Virus record (IMG/VR): IMGVR_UViG_3300007960_000028
Span: 1 to 56,204 of that record
Reading direction: 5' to 3' (one strand)
From: a virus
Taxonomy: Duplodnaviria; Caudoviricetes
Length of the DNA: 56,204 nucleotides
In this document: piece after piece, positions 20,001-28,138 of the stretch
How the letters are laid out: each line of letters opens with the position of its first letter
How positions within the stretch are numbered: position 1 is the first letter of the stretch
Program-made: the position numbers and the translations under genes
The notes under the pieces: model-generated
What the model was told of the DNA's origin: nothing
Seen by the model: only the letters and a program-made list of their open reading frames with translations
Databases searched by the model: none

Positions 20001-21819
20001 CTACTTTACCATAGTAATTTTCTGATTCTAATTCTACAGATGATACTAGTTCTCCAAAACTTCTACTATAAGTTAATGATGATGAAACATTATAAACAGA
20101 TTCCGATAATGGAGATGCAAATGTTATAGTTCCTGTCGTTGATGGTTCTACTATTTTCTTAAATGTATCTTCTGGTATAGATTGAGATATTACGGTATAT
20201 TCTCCTATATCGGATGATGATAGGATTGTTTGGGTGTAGTTACCTGCTATTTCTTGGGATTTGTAGATAGTTATAAAACGAGATGTATCATGTACTATAA
20301 CTAAGTATTTACCATCTGATGAAAATGAAACTCCATATCCAGCACTAGGAGTTAATGTATTTGGATTTGCTAATTTAGTAAAAGTATCTACTGATCTTTT
20401 ATATATTATTGTAAAAGGAGATCCGCCACCAGTAGTTACCAAATAATTACCATCTGATGAAAATGAAACTCCATTTCCAGCACTAGTAGGTAACGTATTT
20501 GGATTTGCTAATTTAGTAAAAGTATCTCCTGATCTTTTATATATAGTTATAAAAGGTGATGAATCATGTGCTATAGCTAAATAATTATCATCTGATGAAA
20601 ATGAAACTCCATTTCCATTACCAGTTGGTAACGTATTTGGATTTTCTAATTTAGTAAAAGTATCTCCTGATCTTTTATATATAGTTATAAAAGGAGATGT
20701 ATCATTTCCTACAGCTAAATAATCATCATTTGATGAAAATGAAACTCCACTCCCAAATCCAGAACTAGTAGGTAACGTATTTGGATTTTCTAATTTAGTA
20801 AAAGTATCTCCTGATCTTTTATATATTGTTATAAAAGGAGATTTATCATGTGTTATAGCTAAATAATTATTATCTGATGAAAATGAAACTTTATATCCTT
20901 CACCAGTTGGTAACGTATTTGGATTTTCTAATTTAGTAAAAGTATCTCCTGATCTTTTATATATAGTTATAAAAGGTGAATTACGATGAGCTACAGCTAA
21001 ATAATTATCATCTGAAGAAAATGAAACTCCATATCCCAAATTATTAGGTAATATATCAGGATCTGCTAATTTAGTAAAAGTATCTCCTGATCTTTTATAT
21101 ATTGTTAGATAAGGAGATAAATTATGTGATATAGCTAAATAAGTATCATCTGATGAAAATGAAACTCCATGTCCAGTACTAGGTGGTAACGTATTTGGAT
21201 TTTCTAATTTAGTTAATAAATTATTTTGTCCATCGGAACTTATTTGATATGATGTTTCCTTCTCATTAAAATCTTTCTTTTGATATAGATGATCTACATA
21301 AGCAACTAAATTAGTATATCCATATCTATTTAAAATACTAGAACTTATACTTAATGTAAAACTACCACTATTAATTAATGTCCCTTGTTGATAGTTATTA
21401 CTACCAGTAGTATAACCATAATAATCATCTAAATTTATTTCTGCAACTACATTTGATTGATGAGATGAACTTATAATACTATAAGCACTATCCGTATCTA
21501 AATTACCATTATAAGATACAAATTTTATTTTATTTTCTACACCTTCTGGTAAAGTTTTACTTCTAAAATTGATAGTTTCTTGTAAAACATTATAAGATAA
21601 ATCTATATTTAAAACAGCGGCTCTTTCACTTATACCTTTAGTATCTAATGATAATAAACCTACATAAGCAGTATAATCCGTACCAGCATACTCAAATGAA
21701 GTTATCATATTACCATATGGTAGTAATGTTTTATTATATTCTATAGATTCGGTAACATCAAACACAGATTGGGATAGTGATGATGAATAGTATATAAAAC
21801 CTGATTTGTATAGTTGCAT
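17092..21819 (-). CDS. Beta-propeller repeat protein (1575 aa)
   Basis: N-terminus MQLYKSGFIYYSSSLSQSVFDVTESI nearly identical to that of 13754..17074; first propeller is 7 near-identical repeats, second insert is long and diverged. Confidence 0.8.
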   Translation of the reverse strand: MQLYKSGFIYYSSSLSQSVFDVTESIEYNKTLLPYGNMITSFEYAGTDYTAYVGLLSLDTKGISERAAVLNIDLSYNVLQETINFRSKTLPEGVENKIKFVSYNGNLDTDSAYSIISSSHQSNVVAEINLDDYYGYTTGSNNYQQGTLINSGSFTLSISSSILNRYGYTNLVAYVDHLYQKKDFNEKETSYQISSDGQNNLLTKLENPNTLPPSTGHGVSFSSDDTYLAISHNLSPYLTIYKRSGDTFTKLADPDILPNNLGYGVSFSSDDNYLAVAHRNSPFITIYKRSGDTFTKLENPNTLPTGEGYKVSFSSDNNYLAITHDKSPFITIYKRSGDTFTKLENPNTLPTSSGFGSGVSFSSNDDYLAVGNDTSPFITIYKRSGDTFTKLENPNTLPTGNGNGVSFSSDDNYLAIAHDSSPFITIYKRSGDTFTKLANPNTLPTSAGNGVSFSSDGNYLVTTGGGSPFTIIYKRSVDTFTKLANPNTLTPSAGYGVSFSSDGKYLVIVHDTSRFITIYKSQEIAGNYTQTILSSSDIGEYTVISQSIPEDTFKKIVEPSTTGTITFASPLSESVYNVSSSLTYSRSFGELVSSVELESENYYGKVGFVSFDVPQYKTANTTFTASINIKFNQNAQISRSNVLPSSVEDKLYILKYNGDIINDNPYNIITSSYQIPQSNLVNTVDLSRYYTFTTSSDANVASSSNIGYYTTSIIIPDEYLTYGETNNFLVYNDQFVKKQDFINQVSGFSFDAGVQDYEFTYETQNNMQPNSTPNAFDITPDERYYIYTFGNEDPDDYAWGQLLYKNDDGTYTDITENVQFYLGSGSISVNYISTNVKFLNSGSHFIMGSTSFGTYIFSGSGEGVNRIYTNVSSGMTYNPSNMGVYHICSYNDDEYVFCSPYSWNSNNFAMYHMDYTTNTFTKLNNPTTLPNSTIYDIDVKPNGSHFVMAQTNSPYLYIYSGSGEGVNRIYTKLNVPNTQPTETARAVKYTPDNLYMICKSQNSTVDKYLVSYYTPTNNIYYKLAAPNSIAANQTPNNLYNHSTIIGDGTKYISTGGSSPRYDAYVSTGNTTSRVYNLITTNFDGIIKPTNSFIYKNNKLYCIQGLPNSNTMAPSASTSITIYNVDNINSPVLLNSGSENMLQDMWNIEEYAMSPKSDYFVTLLKNNPHIQVLKNTDGNFTKLADPTTLPIAPLNRIRFIRDYTFVCTQGSYWYMYNINTGSDTYSATQGGGNLTSFDIQMGGFGMYKLSDNHFFVSSDGTPPMKLFKYHDDIPSMSVMPDPTGFIADRFENIVIGASSDVVVGNYVIQTSNISPYIKIQYFNTQSETFQSVDTSNITLSGNPALLPTTQYNNLDYLFIFNYGTNEMLYYSGSGINENKTFTQINNTGDFVIYQYNSGIFKINPSGEYFITQDNAGIYLNKIVSYNPLEINQLEYYIFSNRGFFNSSPSQNAMFYSDYLFGISTSRDYLLFKIQNDSLVLLDNYPIDSNENAHYFNRFSNNHIVPYYNWKNPRKVFKMYQAASITSNKTSFRLNPDIELEIDVTYPIGKLGGLSGINIANIKEYNGVPLATIEETE
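20261..21213 (-). repeat. ~7 tandem ~132-bp coding repeats (44-aa blades)
   Basis: ctaatttagtaaaagtatctcctgatcttttatatat recurs at ~132-nt intervals; one unit has a 6-nt insertion. Confidence 0.9.
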
Positions 21820-21850
21820 TGTTTTTCTCTAAAAAATTAAAACTTCTCTT

Positions 21851-21859
21851 TAATAAATA
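21851..21859 (-). promoter_or_regulatory. TATTTATTA box, putative late promoter
   Basis: About 30 nt upstream of 21819; the surrounding TAATAAATAGAGTT is identical to 2914-2927. Confidence 0.4.
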
Positions 21860-21935
21860 GAGTTCAACTTCCATCTTTTATAATTTAAAAATATATCAGT
21901 ATAAAATGTAACTATATAGCCATGACTAATAGAAT

Positions 21936-22247
21936 TTACATAACTAAATATTTTGTATTATTAAAATTTCTAAAACTTAAAAATATATTAGCATTATCCG
22001 TTAGAAGACCGTCTTTTGTATAATTATTAAATATTCCATTATATATATCACTATCACATATAATAATATATAAATTATATTTTCTTTTATTTCTACTTAA
22101 ATCTTTTATTTTATCATATATATATCGTCTAACGGATTTGCTATTATCATAGGATTGATTACTATTATATTCGTATTCTTGATAGTATTTGGTTTTTCTT
22201 AAAAATAAAAATTTATTTTGTTGTTTATCTATAACTACTAAATCCAT
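21936..22247 (-). CDS. Hypothetical protein
   Basis: ORF in tightly packed operon. Confidence 0.6.
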   Translation of the reverse strand: MDLVVIDKQQNKFLFLRKTKYYQEYEYNSNQSYDNSKSVRRYIYDKIKDLSRNKRKYNLYIIICDSDIYNGIFNNYTKDGLLTDNANIFLSFRNFNNTKYLVM

Positions 22248-22249
22248 TT

Positions 22250-22450
22250 CTATCCAAATATTAGAGATTTCCCACTACCATTTATACTTTCGTTTTTATT
22301 TACTACTATAATCTCATTCATCCATCTCTGATCTACAAACGTATCTATACCATCTATTAAAACATGATAATTTCCTTGTTCATCTCGTTCTAATATATTT
22401 AATGTATGTTTAGTGGAATCTCCTGTTTTATACTGAAATACAGTTGACAT
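22250..22450 (-). CDS. Hypothetical protein
   Basis: Stop/start overlap with neighbour. Confidence 0.65.
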   Translation of the reverse strand: MSTVFQYKTGDSTKHTLNILERDEQGNYHVLIDGIDTFVDQRWMNEIIVVNKNESINGSGKSLIFG

Positions 22451-22632
22451 TAATCTAACCTCATATAATGATTATCACATTCAAATAATAATTCTTGATT
22501 ATCTTTTCCAGTATGGAATGATCCATAATAATAACCATAATTATCATAAACTAATTTACTAAAACTTTTACTAACAATTTCATAAGTTTTATTTTTATCT
22601 ACTTTTGATTTGATATTAACAATTTTACTCAT
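22450..22632 (-). CDS. Hypothetical protein
   Basis: Packed ORF with AAGG upstream. Confidence 0.6.
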   Translation of the reverse strand: MSKIVNIKSKVDKNKTYEIVSKSFSKLVYDNYGYYYGSFHTGKDNQELLFECDNHYMRLD

Positions 22633-22641
22633 AATAAACCT

Positions 22642-22842
22642 TTAGATTTTTATTTTAACATTATAACTTAATTCTACGCTATTTCCAATTTCTTGTTTTA
22701 AAGTATTTATATCAATATAAACATTTAAATTATGCTCTTTATTGATAACATACTGATATTTTTCTATTAATTCTACTAAATCATTTTCAAATGAAGCAGT
22801 ATATTCTTTAAGATGGTCATTTATTGTTTTATTTGTTCTCAA
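22642..22842 (-). CDS. Hypothetical protein
   Basis: Packed ORF, 4-nt overlap. Confidence 0.6.
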   Translation of the reverse strand: MRTNKTINDHLKEYTASFENDLVELIEKYQYVINKEHNLNVYIDINTLKQEIGNSVELSYNVKIKI

Positions 22843-23162
22843 TGTATATGATACCTCCTATCTATTGAACTAATTATTTCACTTCTAAGTCGCCTATACA
22901 AAGACATATCTCCATTACAATCGTTATATATCTGTGTCTTTAATTTATTTGCAGATTCTACAATAGATGGATCTAATTCTAAATTTGACATGTGAGATAC
23001 GCTACTTACAAATTCACATAGTATAATTTTATCTCTTAAATTAAAATTTACATCTTCATTTTTCATAAAACCAACATCATATATCATATTCATTGTATTA
23101 GAATCTTTCAATATATCTGGTTTAGTTTCTAAAATATCACTATCTTTATTTTTCTTTTTCAA
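22839..23162 (-). CDS. Hypothetical protein
   Basis: Packed ORF, 4-nt overlaps. Confidence 0.6.
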   Translation of the reverse strand: MKKKNKDSDILETKPDILKDSNTMNMIYDVGFMKNEDVNFNLRDKIILCEFVSSVSHMSNLELDPSIVESANKLKTQIYNDCNGDMSLYRRLRSEIISSIDRRYHIH

Positions 23163-23650
23163 ATTTCACCTTCCTTAACTATATCCCCAATATATAAATA
23201 GTAGCAATTTGCACATAAAAATTGTATATTATCTATCTCTTTATTAGTTTTATCGCTATCTAAATAGGTTAATAGCAACGGAACCCTATTATCTGTAATT
23301 CTAGGAGTATCGAATCCACAAGAATCACATCTATCAACTTTATAATTATTATCTATAAGCATATCTCTTAATTTAAAATCACTTATAGGCAATTTATTTT
23401 GATGTTTTACCAATATATTATCTAATGATAGTTTTTTATAAGATGTATAAACCACACCATCAGTATTTTTATCTTTTTTTACATTATTAGGATTATAATG
23501 TAATTCAAATAGAGTTTTGCCTGTTTCATCATCTATATATTCTTTTGCATATTTCTTATATGTATTAAATGATACATTTAAAAATCTAGCGGCTTCTTTA
23601 TTAGATTTTGTATTTGAAATAGCAAATAATATATCTTCTTTATAAATCAT
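23159..23650 (-). CDS. HTH plus degenerate HNH-like zinc-binding protein
   Basis: N-terminal SNKEAARFLNVSFNTYKKYA (HTH); CDSC...LLTYLDSDKTN...NIQFLCANCY matches the HNH scaffold but lacks both His. Confidence 0.65.
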   Translation of the reverse strand: MIYKEDILFAISNTKSNKEAARFLNVSFNTYKKYAKEYIDDETGKTLFELHYNPNNVKKDKNTDGVVYTSYKKLSLDNILVKHQNKLPISDFKLRDMLIDNNYKVDRCDSCGFDTPRITDNRVPLLLTYLDSDKTNKEIDNIQFLCANCYYLYIGDIVKEGEI

Positions 23651-23883
23651 AATTTAATTTGACCATTAAACTTAATTAAATTAAATAAAAACTCTCTTAA
23701 TTCTTTATTGGTAAAGTATCTATCACATAATCTAATTGGAGTATCATCTACATTCTTTTGTATATAAAGTTCATATGCATTAAGATTGGTTTCAAAATCA
23801 TATATTTTTAGTTCTACTCTATATAAAGAATATACCTCTTTAAACTCTTTAATTAAAGTTTTGAGTATTTTTTTATGTTTCAT
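23647..23883 (-). CDS. Hypothetical protein
   Basis: Packed ORF. Confidence 0.6.
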   Translation of the reverse strand: MKHKKILKTLIKEFKEVYSLYRVELKIYDFETNLNAYELYIQKNVDDTPIRLCDRYFTNKELREFLFNLIKFNGQIKL

Positions 23884-23884
23884 T

Positions 23885-24316
23885 CTAAATCCTGCTTTTA
23901 ATATAATCTCTAATAAAATACTGCTTCAACCCATTAAAATAAACATTTATATTCATATTATCCAAATCTACCTCAACAACACCGGATATACTTCTATTGT
24001 ATTTACCGGAATATATAGTGTATTTACTATTGTATTTTAATAGATTATCTATTAAACAAAAATATCCAACTGGATCGGTATACATTCTAGTTTTAGATAC
24101 ACTATCAAATAAACTAAATTGAATAAATCTATTTGCTATTTCATATAGATCCATATTAATTTTATTATTCTTTATATGAACTAAAAATCGTTTTAAATCA
24201 TCTATAATATAGTTTTCATCTATAATATTTTTTCGTAACAAAGATATAGATTTATTATTTAATTTAAAAATAACATATTTATCTTTATTAGTAAGAATAT
24301 CTCCAACCTTTACCAT
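23885..24316 (-). CDS. Hypothetical protein
   Basis: Packed ORF. Confidence 0.65.
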   Translation of the reverse strand: MVKVGDILTNKDKYVIFKLNNKSISLLRKNIIDENYIIDDLKRFLVHIKNNKINMDLYEIANRFIQFSLFDSVSKTRMYTDPVGYFCLIDNLLKYNSKYTIYSGKYNRSISGVVEVDLDNMNINVYFNGLKQYFIRDYIKSRI

Positions 24317-24653
24317 TTAGATAATTAACTATATTTTTGTTTTTCTTATTGTCTTTGTCATATTGAAATAATACATCTATATCATCACAATCATCTGTAT
24401 TGTTACAATATACATTATATATAATATCCACTATTTTTTTATGACCATTATCATCTGATTTAAAATAAACCATCTTATAATCATTTTTCCACATCTTATT
24501 ATATAACGTAGAAGATAATATTATATACTTTTGAATATCATCTCCATAATCAGAGCATATATTACGTATTTCTTTCTCTATCTCGGTATATGATAAAACA
24601 TATCCTTCCGTTCTTAAATTTAGAATATCTAATTCTATTTTATCTAAATCCAA
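24288..24653 (-). CDS. Hypothetical protein (TTG start)
   Basis: Packed ORF with GAGG upstream. Confidence 0.6.
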   Translation of the reverse strand: MDLDKIELDILNLRTEGYVLSYTEIEKEIRNICSDYGDDIQKYIILSSTLYNKMWKNDYKMVYFKSDDNGHKKIVDIIYNVYCNNTDDCDDIDVLFQYDKDNKKNKNIVNYLNGKGWRYSY

Positions 24654-24663
24654 ACCAATTCCT

Positions 24664-24855
24664 CTATTTATAATCTGTTTGATAAAAACCTTTACCTTTA
24701 AATTGTGGATTAGAAACTTTAGATATTATAGGTTTCATAGTTCCTTTTTTACAGTTACATTTATAACCATCTTCTATCTTTTTCCTTTCTAATTTAGTTT
24801 CTAAAATACCACATACATCACATTTATATTCAAATAAAGGCATATATATCTCCAA
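24664..24855 (-). CDS. FmdB-family zinc-ribbon protein
   Basis: MPLFEYKCDVCG...CNC...FKGKGFYQTDY, classic FmdB-like pattern; true start probably the internal MPLFEY. Confidence 0.85.
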   Translation of the reverse strand: MEIYMPLFEYKCDVCGILETKLERKKIEDGYKCNCKKGTMKPIISKVSNPQFKGKGFYQTDYK

Positions 24856-24857
24856 TA

Positions 24858-25100
24858 TTATTTTTTATATTGTTCCATATCTAATTTACTCATCCATCTA
24901 TCATGAACAGTTTTAAAAAACTTTTGTTTATCTTCATCTGTCCAATTTGGATTTGTTACAACTTCATTATCAGAATTTATATATGATCCATCTAATGGAT
25001 TTACTATATTCAATTCATTTAATAAACTTTCAAATTCTTGAAAAAATTTATCTATTTCTACTTCTTGATATTTTTTTAAATCATAATCTTCGATGTTCAT
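24858..25100 (-). CDS. Hypothetical protein
   Basis: AGGAG upstream; follows a promoter. Confidence 0.7.
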   Translation of the reverse strand: MNIEDYDLKKYQEVEIDKFFQEFESLLNELNIVNPLDGSYINSDNEVVTNPNWTDEDKQKFFKTVHDRWMSKLDMEQYKK

Positions 25101-25137
25101 CTGAACTCCTATATAAATATTGTTAAAATTTGTAATT

Positions 25138-25169
25138 CAAACTTACAAAACTTTTTTGACATTTCCAAA
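25138..25169 (-). promoter_or_regulatory. Bacteroidota-type sigma70 promoter
   Basis: TTTG-N20-TAAGTTTG. Confidence 0.8.
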
Positions 25170-25176
25170 TATTTTT

Positions 25177-26055
25177 TTAATTATCTTCATCTTCTATATC
25201 AAATATACCTTCTAATATAGAATGTGCAACTAATTTTTGGTATTCATCCGTAGATAACAATACAGCTTCTTCATAATTAGTCATAAAACCACATTCGCAT
25301 AAAACAGCAGGCATTAATGTACTTCTTAATACATAGAAATTTGCTTGCTTTATACCTCTATCTCTTCTTTTAGTAAATTCGATAAGTCTATCTTGTATAG
25401 TTTTAGCCATATTCCTAGAACCACTAGAATTTTTATCATAGAATGTATCTATACCATTAGCCATATTCCATTCATTACCATTTCCTGCAGCGTTACAATG
25501 GATAGATACATATCTACATCTATGTGTTTCTTTATGAATTTTATTTGCACGTCTAACTCTTTCTCCTAAAGAAACATCTTCATTTTCAGGAACTAATAAT
25601 ACACAATCAATATCATTGTCAATTAATAATTCATATAAGTATTTAGATATTTGTCTATTAACAACTCCTTCATATACACCAGGAGGAACTTTTGGTGATC
25701 TTTTTCCAGGAGTAACATATTTACCATCTATCATACCACCATGACCAGCATCAATTATCCAAATATACTTACTATTATTATTAATAAACTCATTAGGATT
25801 ATCTTCTATATCATAATCACCTTGTTTCTCATATAACTCATGTTTATCGGTTTGAGATACCAATAATTCAGAGTAAGTCTTTTGACCGACTATACCATCA
25901 ACTTTAAGTTTATTTATTTTTTGAAAATCTTTAACTGCTTGTTGTGTTTTTTTTCCAAAATGACCATCAACAGTTAAACCTGCATTAATAGATTTATTTA
26001 ATAACGTTTGTATCTGTGATACTTCATTACCAGTATCTTCTATTCTTAAATACAT
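25177..26055 (-). CDS. Endolysin: peptidoglycan-binding domain plus N-acetylmuramoyl-L-alanine amidase (Amidase_3)
   Basis: VDGHFGKKTQQAVKDFQ...VDGIVGQKT (PG_binding_1); IDAGHGG, E, SIHCNA, PAVLCECGFMTN (zinc amidase). Confidence 0.92.
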   Translation of the reverse strand: MYLRIEDTGNEVSQIQTLLNKSINAGLTVDGHFGKKTQQAVKDFQKINKLKVDGIVGQKTYSELLVSQTDKHELYEKQGDYDIEDNPNEFINNNSKYIWIIDAGHGGMIDGKYVTPGKRSPKVPPGVYEGVVNRQISKYLYELLIDNDIDCVLLVPENEDVSLGERVRRANKIHKETHRCRYVSIHCNAAGNGNEWNMANGIDTFYDKNSSGSRNMAKTIQDRLIEFTKRRDRGIKQANFYVLRSTLMPAVLCECGFMTNYEEAVLLSTDEYQKLVAHSILEGIFDIEDEDN

Positions 26056-26059
26056 AAAT

Positions 26060-26284
26060 TTATCTCGTTAAATTATACAACATTTTACTTTGAAATAATG
26101 ATTCATAAGTAATAAATAAATATTCATCATCATTTTGTTCTGCTAAAAAAATATCTAAGCCGTATTTATCATCTTCGGTTGAATTGATAAGATTTGTATA
26201 TAAATCATATATACCTTCCAAATAACCTTTCTCTGATGATTTTAAACAAAAACAATCTTTGTCTAAATATATGAATTTTTCCAT
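26060..26284 (-). CDS. Hypothetical protein
   Basis: AAGGAG upstream; follows a promoter. Confidence 0.7.
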   Translation of the reverse strand: MEKFIYLDKDCFCLKSSEKGYLEGIYDLYTNLINSTEDDKYGLDIFLAEQNDDEYLFITYESLFQSKMLYNLTR

Positions 26285-26323
26285 AAAAAACTCCTTTTTA
26301 AATTAAGTTGAATTTCAATAATT

Positions 26324-26355
26324 CAAATTTACAAAACTTTTTTGACATTTTCAAA
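26324..26355 (-). promoter_or_regulatory. Bacteroidota-type sigma70 promoter
   Basis: TTTG-N20-TAAATTTG; spacer nearly identical to the 25138 copy. Confidence 0.8.
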
Positions 26356-26383
26356 TTATATTTTTATTTTTTTATCGTTGAAA

Positions 26384-26423
26384 TCAAGAAAACTACAATT
26401 ATCTTGATGTTGTAGATGAATTG
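26384..26423. other. Imperfect palindrome resembling an IS200/IS605/IS607-type end (or a minus-strand terminator)
   Basis: TCAAGAAAACTACAA-ttatcttgatg-TTGTAGATGAATTG. Confidence 0.35.
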
Positions 26424-26424
26424 T

Positions 26425-26784
26425 TTAATTGATTTGTGAGTTAATTGATGTATTGGTAATGTTTTGTTTTAAAAACCAATTAGAATATAATTCATTGGAA
26501 AATCTAGAATTTAATTCTAATAAAACTTCAAGAAATAATTCAAAATCAACTATATCAATTAATTCCTCAATAGTAAGGAAATATTCATCTTGATTATTTA
26601 ATATAATTTTAACGTCACTATCGGATGTATTAATAATTCCTATGATGTTAGCATTTATATTTCCAAAATCAATATTATTCTTAAATTGTACATATACATC
26701 ATTAGTTTTATTGATAATTTGATTAAACTGTATTATATTAATACAAAAAGATCGTAATGTGTGTATTTTCAAATAGTTATTCAT
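26425..26784 (-). CDS. Hypothetical protein
   Basis: Stop/start overlap with thyX. Confidence 0.6.
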   Translation of the reverse strand: MNNYLKIHTLRSFCINIIQFNQIINKTNDVYVQFKNNIDFGNINANIIGIINTSDSDVKIILNNQDEYFLTIEELIDIVDFELFLEVLLELNSRFSNELYSNWFLKQNITNTSINSQIN

Positions 26785-27617
26785 TATTCATTATAACCTA
26801 ATTTTCTATAAAACTCTGAAATCTCTCGTTTACTTAATTTCTGCCCCATTTTCTGTATATCGGCTGCAATGTCATCTTTACTGATATTTCTATTAAATAA
26901 TATATGTCTTAATGTATCTAATTCCATAGATGACATATTAGATGAATTTAATCTATAATCTTCAAATGCTTCGCATGCAATAGGAACAATTGGTTTGATT
27001 AACTCATAAATAGCTTCAGCTAATACTCTAATTTCATATTGAGCATGACTATCCATTCTAAGTCTTAAATAATGAAATAAATTATGTAAATCTATTTTCC
27101 AATAAAACTCAGTATAATTAGATAAAGGTAAATTTATTCTTGCTATTTCTCTTGCTAAATCATCATCAAGATAATCATGATAAGCATTCATATCATTCTG
27201 AATTTGTGATTTCATTCTATCTTGTATTTCTTGTGCATTAGATAAAATTTCATCACTTGAACCTTGATTATTATTTGTTGATTGTTTAGTAATTCTATCT
27301 AAATCAGGTACATAACAATCATCAGTCATAATAGAATATCTTCCCGAGTACTCGTTAACATTTGCCGATCTATGTCTAATTTGCTGACGCATAACAAAGA
27401 TAGGACATTTAATATGAAACTTAAATTCTACCATTTCTAACGGTGTATTGTGATACATTCTCATTAAATACCTAATAAGACCCCTATCCTCATTAACAGT
27501 CTTAGTTCCCTTTCCGTATGATGTTCGTGCAGCGTCTACTATGGATGAATCATCTCCCATACTATCAACTAACCTAACAAATCCATGGTCTAAAACTTTT
27601 ATTTCATTATTATCCAT
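26784..27617 (-). CDS. thyX: Flavin-dependent thymidylate synthase
   Basis: AARTSY, HNTPLEMV, QQIRHRSANVNEYSGRY (RHRx7S), REIARINLP, LR...HAQYEIR. Confidence 0.97.
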   Translation of the reverse strand: MDNNEIKVLDHGFVRLVDSMGDDSSIVDAARTSYGKGTKTVNEDRGLIRYLMRMYHNTPLEMVEFKFHIKCPIFVMRQQIRHRSANVNEYSGRYSIMTDDCYVPDLDRITKQSTNNNQGSSDEILSNAQEIQDRMKSQIQNDMNAYHDYLDDDLAREIARINLPLSNYTEFYWKIDLHNLFHYLRLRMDSHAQYEIRVLAEAIYELIKPIVPIACEAFEDYRLNSSNMSSMELDTLRHILFNRNISKDDIAADIQKMGQKLSKREISEFYRKLGYNE

Positions 27618-27844
27618 TAAGATACCTTTTCATAAAAAATTAAAAATAATTGTTTAAAATATTGTAAATCTTGCGCATTTCTAGCGTATATTTTTGTTAT
27701 TGTATTGTATTCATCAATAGTTATAGTTACATTTAATATAACTATCTCAGAGATAAAATACCAACACATCCTATTTTCTATAGGAAGTTCTTTTCTTATC
27801 TCTGATAAAGTATAATCTTTTTTTAATCTGTAAGTAGATACCAT
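27617..27844 (-). CDS. Hypothetical protein
   Basis: Stop/start overlaps. Confidence 0.6.
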   Translation of the reverse strand: MVSTYRLKKDYTLSEIRKELPIENRMCWYFISEIVILNVTITIDEYNTITKIYARNAQDLQYFKQLFLIFYEKVS

Positions 27845-28119
27845 TATAATAATTCTATATTAATATAGTTTATTTTTTCATTTTCATCATCACTATCTAA
27901 TAAATCATAAGTAACGTATATCTTACCATATAATTTCACTAATTCGTCTTTAACAATAGAAACGATATTAACTCTATTTTTAGAAATATCCAATATATCT
28001 TCATATATTGTTTCTTTATTATATGGTATTTTAAAATCGTTAAAAAATTGAATTAAAAAATACGGATTAGACGTATTGTATTCATATTTATTATCCGATA
28101 TTATTCTTAAAATCGTCAT
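27844..28119 (-). CDS. Hypothetical protein
   Basis: Packed ORF with AGGA upstream. Confidence 0.65.
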   Translation of the reverse strand: MTILRIISDNKYEYNTSNPYFLIQFFNDFKIPYNKETIYEDILDISKNRVNIVSIVKDELVKLYGKIYVTYDLLDSDDENEKINYINIELL

Positions 28120-28138
28120 TATTACATCCTATTTAAAT

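Noticed and set aside
13872-21213. 132-bp tandem repeats as a CRISPR array or DGR template/variable repeats
   Set aside because: Units are in-frame coding repeats without unique spacers, differences are not adenine-specific, and no reverse transcriptase or cas operon is in the window.
21820-21935. tRNA or structured ncRNA in the larger intergenic gaps (also 28977-29074)
   Set aside because: No cloverleaf, T-loop GTTC signature in a stem context, or stable GC stems seen.
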